A stretch of DNA of 63,102 nt, the filler included, from Chiloscyllium plagiosum (taxonomy: Eukaryota): assembly GCF_004010195.1 (NCBI RefSeq). It is 5 parts of one record of this genome, joined end to end, with 100 filler letters (N's around TTAATTAATTAA, not from the genome) between each part and the next. Parts side by side here need not be neighbours in the genome. Positions count along the whole stretch, not along the records: positions 1 to 22,712 come from NC_057717.1; 4 more parts are not named here. One strand, given 5' to 3'. Below are positions 11,311 through 22,812 of the stretch, piece by piece. The notes below the pieces were generated by a model. The model was not told where the DNA came from and ran no database searches. It was given only the letters and a program-made list of their open reading frames with translations. Position 1 is the stretch's first letter; the number at the start of each line of letters is the position of its first letter. The position numbers were made by a program, and so were the translations under genes.

Positions 11311-12929
11311 TCTGTAAAAATAAGAATGGTAACGATGACTGTAGAGTTTTTTTTTTGCTCGCATATATTGCTGTGATGAGGAACAATGAAGGAGAGAGAG
11401 TGCAATAGGCCATTCCTTCTCAGGCAGATTACATTTTCTCCCTCTCTGAGTTGAATCACACAGTGATGTCATCCTCTCCCAAACTGGACCATGTGAGGTC
11501 TCCTTGTACATTGTCCAAACAATGTCTCCAACACATTCCCTGTTCCATTTTGGTGCACCATTGCTGTTGTCTTGCACAGAGAAGAAAATGGTCTCGGTTG
11601 ATTTGAAACATGTCCCTGCGTCATTAAAAAATAAAAAAAATGTTTAATTTATTCAGAATACCTGTGTTAAACTGAATGCATTTTTGAAAGAAATACAGAA
11701 ATTGCTGGAAAAGCTCGGCAGATCTGTCAGCATCCAGATGCCTTTTACATGCCCTCGTTGTACCAGCCTCCACCACTTCCTCTGGCAGCTCATTCCATAC
11801 GCACACCACCCTCTGTGTGAAAAGTTGCCCTTTAGGCCTCATCAAAACCTTTCCCCGCTCACTTTCAAACAATGCCCTCTGGTTTTGGACTCCCCTAACC
11901 TGGGGAAAACCCCTGACTACTCACCCTACCCATGACCATTCTGATTTTATAAATCTTTACTGCTGCAAAATGTGACTCCAATCAACACGAATGGCTGTAC
12001 TTTCAGTCACCCCGTGCCTAAATTCTGAAATGCAATACTGACACCTCTTCCTTCTCCATCAGGTCACCATTCAAAATCCATATTAATCAGTTTGTTCAGA
12101 TGTATCATGAGGCACCTCTGTGGGATTTACACTGAGACCTTTGTGCCCGGAGGTAGGGACACTAGCATCACTCGGCAATACCCATAAATCTGTAACATTA
12201 TTCTCCTGTGTCATTGCTCATCAGCCTGTTCTGACATGCTGTGACATACCTCTGCAACAGGCAGGACTTGAATCCAGTCCTACTAGTCCAGAGCCAGGAA
12301 CACTACCACACAAGTTCAGGAATTGGAGTCAAATCGAGTGCTCTGGCTCAGAGGCAGTGACACTACCACTACTCAACCATACCCAGACATTGGGTCATAT
12401 TTTAAGCGCCAGCTTTCAGATTGTATATAATCAGGTTATCATTACTGAGCTACACAAAACATTTTGTGTTGTTAAACAAATACAAAATATTTGGCTCAAC
12501 TGTAGGATGTTGAGTGCACATGCTATGCTATCAGAATTAACAATAAACGTCTTTAATCGCTATTATCTGTAGTCTGCAATATTAAGAAAAGAAATCCTGC
12601 AGACACATTCTGACCAATGAAGGGTCCCGAATAGGTTTTATCACTGAACACCACAGACGAAGAAAAAGAATAATTTCTGGCCCCAAAACACCGATCAGTT
12701 TTACCCAACTCTCACGTGTGACTGCCTTCTTCCTAAAACCATGAAATGATACCAAGCCGCTGATTAATGTCCAGAGTCTACTCCACACTGACTGCGTCTG
12801 CAATCTGTCCCTCCTTTCCCTAACCACAAGGGCAAACCAAGCTCAGGGTCTTTGTGAAAATCAAAGCCGAAGTGTGTAAGCCTTCTGGAGGGGGAGGGGA
12901 GAGCGATATTTTAAAGGGGGAGAATGAGG

Positions 12930-14062
12930 AGGTGGTAATAACACTCACTGGGTTGAGGGATGGCAGATGGAGTTTAGTTTGGATTAATGCGAGGTATTGG
13001 ATTTGGTTAATCAAATGAGCAGGACCTATACAATTAAAAGCAGGGCCTTTGGCAGTGTTGTAGAACAGAGACCTAGGCCGTCAGGTATAATTCTTTAAAA
13101 TTTGCATCCCATATAGATAGTATGGTTAAGAAGGTGTTTATCACACTTGTCTTCATTGGTCAGACCTTTGAGTATCGGAATTGGGACGTCATGTTGAGGT
13201 GATACAGGACATTGGTGAGACCACTTCTGGAATACTGTGTCCAGTCTGGTCATTCTGACCGCTCATTCCATAGGCACACCACCCTCTGGGTGAAAGAGCT
13301 GCCCCTTAGCACGCTTTTAAATTTTTCCCTTCTCACCATAAACCTGTCTCCCCTACCGTTAGAAAATACCTTGACTATTCTCTTTGTTATTAGTGACCTT
13401 GATATTATTAAGGTGGAGAGGATTGAGCAGACATTAAACTGGATATTGTTGGGAATGAAAGCAGTGAGCTATAAGGAGAGGCTGGATAATCTGGGGCTCT
13501 TTTCACTGGATATTATGAGATTAAGGGGTAACTTTTCAGGGGTTTATAAAATCATCAAGGGTATAGATAAGCTGAAGGGCTTATGTCTGGTGGGCGGCAC
13601 GGTGGTACAGTGGTTAGCACTGCTGCCTCACAGCAATTCCCTCAGGCAACTGACTGTGTGGAGTTTGCACGTTCTCCCCGTGTCTACGTGGGTTTCCTCC
13701 GGTTTCCTCCCACAGTCACAAAGATGTGCAGGTCAAGTGAATTGGCCATGCTAAAATGCCCGTAGTGTTAGATAAGGGGTAAATGTAGGGGTATGGGTGT
13801 GTTGTGCTTCGGCGGGTCGGTGTGCACTTGTTGGGCCGAAGGGCCTGTTTCCACACTGTAAGTAATCTAATCTGACTTTTCCCTGGAATTGGGGATTCCA
13901 AACTGAGGGACATTTTAAGTGTGAGGAAAAAGATTTACAAAAGTCATGAGAGTAATAGTTTTAGACAGAATCTGGCTTGGGTGTGGAATGAACTTCCAGA
14001 GGAAGTGGTGAAAGCAGGGATAGTTACACCGTTCAAATGACATTTAGATCAGTACATGGATA
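12930..14062 (+). mobile_element. CR1/HER1-like LINE 3' fragments with a nested SINE
   Basis: LVRPLLEYCVQ, SYKERLDNLGLFSL and WNELPEEVV motifs. Confidence 0.75.
13591..13873 (+). mobile_element. HE1-like SINE with internal deletion of the B-box region
   Basis: TGGGCGGCACGGTGGTACAGTGGTTAGCACTGCTGCCTCACAGC joins directly to AATTCCCTCAGG; (AATCT)2 tail. Confidence 0.88.
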
Positions 14063-14297
14063 AGACATCAGTTTGGATGGTGCTGTGGGCAGCTGCCCTC
14101 TTCCTCCCCCTCCCCCTCTCTGAATGAATCCCTGTTGGTTTTCACCCTCTGCCAATGCCTGTTCAGTGGCGTGGGGAGGCCAGCAGAGGGTGGCATTGCA
14201 TCACTTTAAGCACCACAGAGACTGCCAGACCTGCCCCACACAGAGACACACAAGAAAAACACAGCAATTGTTTGGACACAACATTGAGCTCATCTGG

Positions 14298-15035
14298 TAA
14301 TTTAAACTAAACATAAAGAAATGCTCAATTCGCCTCGAAAATTGTTAAAATATGAGTGACAGAGAACTCCAAAATTCCACTGTTTAAATAATAACAACAA
14401 TTTATTTTTAACTCTGAAAGTGAACATTTTACATCAAGCATTCTGAACTCTAAGACCCCTTTTGTCTTAACTGCTTATTATCTGACTCCAGCTCTATAAT
14501 GATATACGCTCTCAATAAGACACTTATTAAACTTACATAAACTTAATTTCAAAACCACACAGCAGTTGTTGGCTTTGTGTCTTCTTCTGCCTGTCGATCT
14601 CCCTGGTTATCTTCTTTCTGTTTACTGTGGATATGTTTCATATGAAAAGGTACCATTGACAGAGAGTGTTTTACAATTTCTTGCATCTGTGTTGATCGCA
14701 TTTGCTCTGTCTGCAATATTCAAGATGACTGCATTTTAGATATCCACAACATCGGATCATCTCATTCATTTGGTTTTCGAAAAACAATAAATTCAAACTT
14801 TATTTGGTTTTACTATCCTGGGGCATAAATTAAATTGATTGGTAAAGTTTGAATTGCTGTCCAAAGAGCAACCATCTCAGGGATCTATTTCACAGCCAAA
14901 TGTGACGTATTTTCTGTTGTCCTTGAAACTCTGGGTCTGCCATCCTCTCATATAGACAGGTGCTTGGAAGCCCTCAGTTCAGAACAGCATTCATTCTCTC
15001 TTATAGGTACAGTACACACTTTCAACTTCATCACA
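14298..15035 (-). mobile_element. Gypsy-type LTR remnant (same family as 50960-51689)
   Basis: Shares GTTAAAATATGAGTGACA and the terminal CTTCAT(C/A)ACA with the Gypsy LTR. The paralog at ~43228-43546 carries an internal deletion. Confidence 0.6.
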
Positions 15036-15559
15036 TTACTACCATGATGTCAATATAGATAAGTGGAGCCTATCCGGATTTCCCTTGATCCGTGCTTAGT
15101 CGATATTTCATTCACTCCATCTGGCCTGTGTCTGGATCTTTGTTGCTCTCTTGACAACATCTCATTAATTGATTCCCTCCGTGGGAATATAGCAGTATTT
15201 CACTTGCTCACACTCGTGAGTATGGCAGGATTTCAGTTGTTTCATGGGGACTGTGATGCTATGACAATCTCAATGTTTGTAGATGGTACTTAACATGGAA
15301 GAACTCTGAGATCTCCGGAGGACAGTGTGGAAATCTAACAGGGTAATCACACATTGGTGTAGTGTGCAGGCTTAAGGCAGATGGGAATCAATGCAGAGCA
15401 GTGTGAGGTGATGCACTTTGGTAGGAAAGACAATGAAAGACAGTTTAAAACAGGCTGTGCCATTATAAAGGGGCTGCAGGAGCAGAGAGTCCTGCGTGTA
15501 TATGAACACAGATTGTTGAAGATGTCAGGACAAGTGGGGAGAGCAGTAAATATCACAGA

Positions 15560-16482
15560 TAACTTTCAGTATCTGAGCTGTTTACAGAAGGTGGTGTTGG
15601 AGGGATCCTCCGTGCCCCCTTCCTGGGAGGTGGTGGTGACAATGTGTTGTGAGCCCACCATCCTGCCCACCGAGAGCGTGGGGATTCCATTTGTACCAGC
15701 TCGACACAAAAGGGAGATGGCATCAGGGCCATGGTTTCTAAGTTGTGTCGGGGGGAAACAGAGCTGCCAGTGGGTTTAAAGTGAGAATTGCCCTTCACTG
15801 AACATTTCTCCTTACTCGGTTGGTGGGACGTGGATGTTTCACAATCTCCACACGAGGCGTCCCCGTCCTCTCCGGCTCCTACCAGGGTCCTCCCCAAATG
15901 GCGGGGAGCGGGGGCTGAGGGAACGGATATCGGGCACTCCACCAACCGGCTTGGCCATTTCTGTCCTATTCCAGGCTGTTTCTCCTGGAATGGGAGAAGG
16001 GGAGGGAGGGAGTGGGTTGCCCTGCTGTTCGTGCTGGTGTAGGTGGGTCGGGGACATGGTGAGGTGTCCGGAGGGAGTCAGTTAACACTGTTGTATACAT
16101 GCAGTGTTATTAGTGTGGGCGATGTAGTGGAGGGAGAGAGAGAGAAAGAGGAAGGTGCTGCATGCTGTAGTGAGAGTGGTGGAGCACATTCGGGCGTCGG
16201 TGCTATAACAGATATGTAGTGAGTGTGAGGGAGCAGAGAGAATACAGTGACCCTTATCCTGACAGAGCGGTGAAGATTATTGTTGCTTGTCGTGTCTTGC
16301 TGGGCATTTCTTCAGACCGTAGATACTGCACTGAGCTGGGTTGTGAGCTCAGACCATGCTCGGTGGGTCTGGTGGTGTGGCCCACTCTGGGAAGAGAATG
16401 GTCCCCCTCTGTAGTAGCCCATTCACCAGGACCTCCGTGCCCCTGTCGACAAACCGTGGAGTAAATGCCCCTTATCTGCCAT
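15560..16482 (-). pseudogene. Decayed spliced Myb/SANT-like DNA-binding gene of PIF/Harbinger transposon type
   Basis: Exon 1 (16482-16258) reads MADKG..TPRFVDRGTEVLVNGLLQRGTILFP..RAWSELTTQLSAVSTV*RNAQQ..NNLHRSVR. Exon 2, from 15984 after cccattccAG, reads ETAWNRTEMAKPVGGVPDIRSLSP (cf. KTGGG.P). Frameshifts and stops are present. Confidence 0.68.
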
Positions 16483-17066
16483 GCCCAGGGTAAACTGTGC
16501 AGGTCAGCTCCGAACTGAGAAAGCTCAACCGTGTGCTCAGTGGTATTTTAAAGATGGCGCCTATGTCATGGATCATGGAATATCCAGGGGCACCCGGGCA
16601 ATGGTGAGTACCTCCAGCCATGATAGATGGGAGAATCGGGCTGGTATTGAATGAGAGCAACACCATGGTGTGGGTTGGGTAGTTAATGAGGTGAGTTCAA
16701 GAAGATAACATCAGGAAACTAGCTCGGCCCAGTTTCACAGTCACAGTCAATGAAAATAGCACTGAGACAAATTATGGTTAGATTTAGCCCAATGAGTCAA
16801 AGACTCTGCTGACCCTACACCCAGATACAAAGCTGCAGAACAAATACTCATCCAAAACTCTGCATCATCTGAACTCCCAACAATATCCTGTTCACCTACC
16901 ATTCCTGAAAACACTTTTGTGACAGGATGCTGTTAAAATGCTTTCATTTCAGCATTCTGAAACCTGGGAACACATCCTTCCATAACACTGTCTCTGAGTC
17001 TCCCTCTTTCTGTCTATTTCCCATACCAAGTTTCCCCACGCTATGCAGGGAACTAACACAATGTTG

Positions 17067-19468
17067 CAGATCAATGCACTAGGGTGGGGTACACAGTCCT
17101 ATGTGCCTGGAGGGTAACTGCTCCTGGGTTACAGATCAATGCACTTGGGTGGTGTACACAGTCCAACATGCTGGAAGGGTAACTGCCCCTGAGTACAGAT
17201 CAATGCACTGGGGTGGAGTGCACAGCCCTACATGCTGGGAGGGTAACTGCTCTTGGTTTACAGATCAATACACTGGTGAGGTGTACACTGCCCTACATGC
17301 TTGGAGGGTAACTTCTCCTGGGTTACAGATGAATGCACCAGGGTGGGGTATACAGTCCAACATGCTGGTAGGGTAACGGCTACTGGGTTACAGATGAATG
17401 CACTGGGGTGGTGAACACAGTCCTACATGCTGTGAGGGTAACTGTTCCTGGGTTACAAATCAGTGCACTGGGGATGTGTACACAGTCCTACATGCTGATA
17501 GGGTAACGGTTCCTGGGTTACAGATCAATGCACTGGGGTGGGGTATACAGTCCGACATGCTGGGAGGGTAACGGCTCCTGGGTTACAGATCAATACATTG
17601 GTGTGAGGTATACAGTTCGACATGCTGGGAGGGTAACTGCTCCTGGGTTACAGATCAATGCCATGGCGTGGGGTATACTGTACGACATGCTGGGAGGGTA
17701 TCTGCGCCTGGTTTACCGATCAATGCACTGGGGTGGAGTACACAGACCTACATGCTAGGAGGGCAACTACTCCTGGGTTACAGATCAATACACCGGGGTG
17801 GTGTACACAGTCCTACATGCTGGGAGGGTACCTGCATCTGGTTTACAGATCATTGCACTGGGGTGGGTTACACAGTCCTACATGCTGGTAGGGTAACGGC
17901 TCCTGTGTTCCAGATCAATGCACTGGACTGTTGTACACAGTCCTACATGCTGGGAGGGTAACTGCGCCTGGTTTACAGATCAATGCAATGGGGTGGTCTA
18001 CACAGTCCGACATGCTGGGAGGGTAATGCCTCCTGGGTTACAGATCAATGCACTCGGGTGGGGTATACAGTCCTACATGCTGGGAGGGTAACTGCTCCTG
18101 GGTTACAGATCAATGCAGAGGGGTTGTGTACACAGTCCTACATGCTGGGAGGGTACCGGCTCCTGGGTTACAGATCAATGTACATGGGTGGGGTACACAG
18201 TCCGACATGCTGGGAGAGTAACTGCTCCTGGGTTACAGAACAATGCACTGGGGATGTGTACACAGTCCTACATGCATGGGAGGATAACGGTTCCTGGGAT
18301 ACATATCAATGCACTGGGGTGAGGTATACAGTTCGACATGCTGGGAGGGTTTCTGCGCCTGGTTTAGATTAGATTAGATTACATTACAGTGTGGAAACAG
18401 GCCCTTCGGCCCAACAAGTCCACACCGACCCGCCAAAGCGAAACCCACCCATACATTTACCCCTTACCTAACACTACGGGCAATTTAGTATGGCCAATTC
18501 ACCTGACCCTGCACATCTTTGGACTGTGGGAGGAAACCGGAGCACCCGGAGGAAACCCACGCAGACACGGGAGAACGTGCAAACTCCACACAGTCAGTCG
18601 CCTGAGGCGGGAATTGAACCCAGGTCTCTGGCGCTGTGAGGCAGCAGTGCTAACCACTGTGCCACCGTGCCGCCCACTGGTTTACAGATCAATACACTGG
18701 GGTGCTGTACACAGTCCTATGTGCTAGGAGGGTAACTGCTCCTGGGTTACAGATCAATGCACTGGGTTGGTGTACACAGATCTACATGCTGGGAGGGTAT
18801 CTGCTCCTGGTTTGCAGATCAATGCACTGGAGTGTTGTACACAATCCTACATGCTGGGAGGGTAACTGCTTCTGGCTTACAGATCAATGCACTGGGGTGG
18901 GGTACACAGTCCTACATGCTGGGAGGGTAACTGCTCCTGGGTTATAGATCAATGCATTGGGAAGGTGTACACAGTCCAACATGCTGGGAGGGTAACTGCC
19001 CGTGAGTACAGATCAATTCACCTGAGTGGGGTATACAGACCAACATGCTGGTAGGGTAACGGCTCCTGGGTTACAGATCAATGCACCTGGGTGGGGTATA
19101 CAGACCAACACGCTTGTAGGGTAACGGTTTCTGGGTTACAGATCAATGCACTGGGATGGGGTATACAGTCCGACATGATGGGAGGGTAACTGCTCCTTGG
19201 TTACAGCTCGATGCACTGGGGTGGTGCACACAGTCCTACATACTGGGTGGGTAATTGCTCCTGGGTTACAGATGAATGCACTGGGGTGGTGTACACAGTC
19301 CTGCATTCTGGGTGGGTAACTGCCCCTGGGTACAGATCAATGCACTGGGGTGGTGTACACAGTCCTACATGCTGGGAGGGTAACTGCTCCTGGGTTACAG
19401 ATCAATGCACTGGGGCGGGGTGTACAGTCCTACATGCTGGGAGTGCAACTGCTCCTGGTTGACAGATT
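17067..19468 (+). repeat. 65-bp tandem array (~32 units) interrupted by a SINE
   Basis: Unit GGGTAACTGCTCCTGGGTTACAGATCAATGCACTGGGGTGGTGTACACAGTCCTACATGCTGGGA; CAGAT recurs at 17196, 17261, 17326 and onward. Confidence 0.95.
18367..18676 (-). mobile_element. Young full-length HE1-like SINE with 8-bp TSD
   Basis: A-box TGGCACAGTGG, B-box GGTTCAATTCC and (AATCT)n tail; TSD CTGGTTTA at 18359-66 and 18677-84. Confidence 0.92.
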
Positions 19469-20115
19469 AATTCACGGATGATCACTGCACTGTTCACTGT
19501 GCTGGTCAGACTCGACGGTTGAGGTTTATAGGTAATGCACTGATGTGGTTGGTATAGCTCCTTATGCTGGATGGATTTTGTTTCAGGTTCACACATTGGT
19601 GCCCTGCTGTCGTCTCCACAGCTCCCTGTGCTGGACAGATATCTAGTCCGTGTTTTACACGATAAATGCACTCTGTGGTCTGCACAGCTCCCCGTGCTGG
19701 AAAGATATCTAGTCCCGGTTCATATATTAATGCACTGCTGAGTTCTGCACAACTGTCCGTGCTGGACAGATATATGGTCTGGGATTATAAATCAATGCCA
19801 TGATCTGGTCTGTGCAGTGTTCCACTCTGGACAGATTGCTGGATTGTACTGAGCAGTACACTGGCTGGGTCTACACCGCGTTCCACGGTGAACAGATATC
19901 TCCTCTGGGTGTATGGTGTCTGGGCTGGTTCTGTGAGGTAGATTGAGAATGTGGTATATCTAACCCTTTCGACTGATCTGGCAATGTCTTTAGTTCCCAT
20001 TCCTGTGGTCGGACCCTCAGACTCTCAACCCATTAATGTTACAGTGTGCCCAGGTACAGTACATCATACTGGTGGGGTGGGTAGGGGGGAAGTTGATGGA
20101 CAGGTCAAGGAGTTA

Positions 20116-20460
20116 CCCGGAACGTTCTGTTCCCAATATTCTATAACTGACATTCCCCGGAGAGTTCTGACCCCGACATTCTATAACTGCCATTCCCCGG
20201 AACGTTCTGTCTCCAACATTCTATAACTGACATTCCCCGGAACGTGCTGTCCCTCACATTCTATAACTGACATTCCCCGGAACGTTCCGTCCCTGACATT
20301 CTATAACTGACATTCCCCGGAACGTTCTATCCCCAACATTCTATAACTGACATTCCCCGGAACGTTCCGTCCCTGACATTCTAGAACTGACATTCCCCGG
20401 AACGTTCTATCCCCAACATTCTATAACTGACATTCCCCGGAACGTTCTGTCCCTGACATT
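20116..20460 (+). repeat. 40-bp tandem array (~8.6 units)
   Basis: CTATAACTGACATTCCCCGGAACGTTCTGTCCCCAACATT; CTA(T/G)AACT recurs exactly every 40 bp from 20141 to 20421. Confidence 0.95.
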
Positions 20461-21020
20461 GTTTGTCAACGGCCGGATGTCAGTGAATTGAACAAACGAT
20501 AAGATCCCGAGGGAAGAGATCCAGTTCAAGGGAGAAGGAGACACTGTCCCGAAGGCCCCTCAGGCAGTTAAAGGGGTGAATACTTTTTCCGTGCGTTTAC
20601 ATTTCTTCACAACACAGGATCGACCACAATTTAGACCAAAATACAGAAATTCCCAAACTCTGTTTGTCTTCAGGAAACTGGGAGAGAATCCTTCAGGACA
20701 GCAACATTTCCATCCTCCGTATTCGGAACTGGGAAGGAGTGACCTGTGTCTGCTCTCGAGTGATCGAGTCTGTGAGAATGTTCTAGAAACGATCTGTCCT
20801 TCTGGATGTGTCTCTCTGTATTTGGGGAGGAAGGGTTTCTTGTGGTTTATGTGACATTTTTGTCAGTAACTCAGACCCTCTCGTTTGTTATTTCAGCTCT
20901 AATTATTTTAATAAATCCCTGAATACAGGGACACATTTGAAAATCTCACTGGGTCCCCAATCAAACTAGCCCCTTTGTCTCCAGGCTGATGGATAATGTG
21001 TTTGTTTTCCTTCCTCACAG

Positions 21021-21699
21021 TTAACGTAGTGACCATCTACGTCCTGCTTTATAAAGATTGTGGATTGTCTCCATGTGTCAGACGTTACCTGGGGGCCATG
21101 GCAGCGGCGGATCTCCTGGTCATTATCCTCGACCTGATACTGAGACACATTCCCATTGTTTATCAGGAACAGTTTTATTTCCTGAGGGACTCCGTCCCCG
21201 TGTGTAATATCCACGCCGTCCTGCTTTATGCAGCCACTGACTGCTCTGTCTGGTTCACCGTCACTTTCACCTTTGATCGGTTTGTGGCCATTTGTTGCCA
21301 GAAGCAGAAAAGTAAATTTTGCAGTGAGAAAACGGCGGCTGTGGTTCTGGGAGCAGTGACTGTGCTCAGCTGTTTAAANNNNNNNNNNNNNNNNNNNNNN
21401 NNNNNNNNNNNNNNNNNNNNNNNNNNNNNNNNNNNNNNNNNNNNNNNNNNNNNNNNNNNNNNNNNNNNNNNNNNNNNNNNNNNNNNNNNNNNNNNNNNNN
21501 NNNNNNNNNNNNNNNNNNNTATCGGTCTGTGTATCTCGATTACTTTGTGCTGGAATTGGGCTTCATGCTGCAGCTCCTCAGTTGCTGCACAAACACCGTG
21601 ATTTATGCCGTGACCCAGACTAAGTTCAGGCAGCAGCTGAAGAATGTGCTGAAATATCCCTTCACCCAAATCCATCCATCCATCAAATCCCCTCATTAA
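21021..21699 (+). CDS. GPR139-like class A orphan GPCR, large terminal coding exon (TM1 end to C-terminus), interrupted by an assembly gap at 21379-21519
   Basis: A polypyrimidine acceptor ttttccttcctcacAG (AG 21019-20) precedes the phase-1 reading (V)NVVTIYVLLYKDCGLSPCVRRYLGAMAAADLLVII...VCNIHAVLLYAATDCSVWFTVTFTFDRFVAICC (TM2 ADL, TM3 DRF). After the gap, 21520-21699 reads YRSVYLDYFVLELGFMLQLLSCCTNTVIYAVTQTKFRQQLKNVLKYPFTQIHPSIKSPH* (TM7 NTxIY, helix 8 KFR). These motifs are typical of the expanded shark GPR139-like family. Exon 1 was not located. Confidence 0.88.
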
Positions 21700-21909
21700 T
21701 CAATCCATCCAGGATTTTCCCATTTCAGTTCAGTGTTTCAGCGATGGAGCAGCCTGTCACTATCGTAACGGACTGAGGGTAGCGCTGGTTTGTCCATCCT
21801 TATCCCACAGTGGGGTTACAGGGACACATTTCAATGTTTCTCACAACTCAGGGGCCGGTGAGAAAAGGCACCATTCCACTGACTGTATCCATCACTTCCA
21901 TTTGTAAAC

Positions 21910-21915
21910 AATAAA
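21910..21915 (+). promoter_or_regulatory. Candidate polyadenylation signal AATAAA for the GPCR transcript
   Basis: AATAAA lies about 210 nt after the TAA stop, with GT-rich sequence further downstream. Confidence 0.45.
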
Positions 21916-22135
21916 CATGTTGATTAAAGCGTGCCGAGCAGCAGAGTGACCGATGTTGTTGTGTGTCTTTGTGTTGGAGAAGCTGAGCTGGAGAGAGACA
22001 GAATTAGCCCCAAGTTCTGGTCCTCAGGGAAGGGGAAGGCACCGCGCCCAGAGCTCAGGAGCTGGTTTAACTCCCTCTGTGCCCCCACTGCAGCCTGGCC
22101 TCCCCATTACCTCTCCCCTACACTTTCTCCTCAAT

Positions 22136-22712
22136 TCTCTCTCTCTCTCTCTCTCTCTCTTTCAGCACACACTCTCTTTCTCAACCCTATCCCTCATCCC
22201 CCTCTCTCACTCACACACCCCCCAACCCCGGTTTCTCCACCTACCTCCACTCTTCCCTCTCCCCCCTCTCTCATGCCGTCTCTGTCTCCCACCCACAATT
22301 CCATCTCTACCCCATTTTCCCCACCTCCCACATCTCACCCCCACCCCCACACGCAACCTCACCACCAATCACCCCCAGTCTCAGGGTCAGAGGGAGAGGG
22401 AAGGACTAGGGAGACAGAGTATGTCAGAGAGAGAGGGATGGAGGGACAGGAGGGAGAGAGATTCAGTCAGAGGGAAAGGGAGGGACTTGGGAAGAGAGAG
22501 ACACATAGGGAGGTGGAGAGCAAGAAGGGGGAGAGAGAGAGTTAGGGTGAGGGAGAGAGAGAGAGAGACACGAGGAGGAGATAATGAGAGAGAGGAACGA
22601 GAGAGAAGGGCGAGAGCGAGAGTGAGACTGAGAGAAGGGCGAGGGAGGGGGCAAGAGAGAGAAAGAGATAGAGAGAGAGAGAGAGGGGCGATGAGAGAGA
22701 GAAAGGGTTCAA
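22136..22712. repeat. CT-rich then GA-rich low-complexity/microsatellite tract
   Basis: (CT)n at 22136-22160 and purine-rich (GA)n at 22390-22710. Confidence 0.8.
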
Positions 22713-22756
22713 NNNNNNNNNNNNNNNNNNNNNNNNNNNNNNNNNNNNNNNNNNNN

Positions 22757-22768
22757 TTAATTAATTAA
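22757..22768. other. Scaffolding linker TTAATTAATTAA inside 100-bp N gaps (also at 30649, 38954 and 42856)
   Basis: An identical 12-mer with stops in all frames, centred in 44N+12+44N. Confidence 0.95.
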
Positions 22769-22812
22769 NNNNNNNNNNNNNNNNNNNNNNNNNNNNNNNN
22801 NNNNNNNNNNNN

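Larger units (their letters stand above)
8347..12302 (+). repeat. Tandem segmental duplication block B, copy 2
   Basis: Diverged direct copy of 3811-7846, separated from it by a 500-N gap. Confidence 0.9.
13981..20070 (+). repeat. Segmental duplication block C, copy 1 (paralog 42912-47045)
   Basis: Both copies share a CR1 end, an LTR, the Harbinger Myb remnant, the 65-bp array and downstream sequence, in the same order. Confidence 0.9.

Noticed and set aside
18600..18676. tRNA genes at SINE heads (also 6553, 11017, 13591, 33370 and 37145)
   Set aside because: They continue into the V-domain core and LINE-derived tail, so they are SINEs rather than tRNAs.
17067..19468. Cys/Trp-rich repetitive ORFs or a CRISPR array in the 65-bp repeat
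   Set aside because: The 65-bp unit is not a multiple of 3, frames shift and stop, and there are no spacers.
20116..20460. CRISPR-like array (regular, partly palindromic repeats)
   Set aside because: Units are head-to-tail with no unique spacers, there are no cas genes, and the context is eukaryotic.
22757..22768. Recurrent TTAATTAATTAA palindrome (four times)
   Set aside because: It is always centred in 100-bp N gaps, so it is an artificial scaffolding linker.
21931..22768. Long Pro/Ser- and Arg/Glu-rich ORFs (also 27545-29494)
   Set aside because: They arise from CT/GA low-complexity tracts that lack stop codons.
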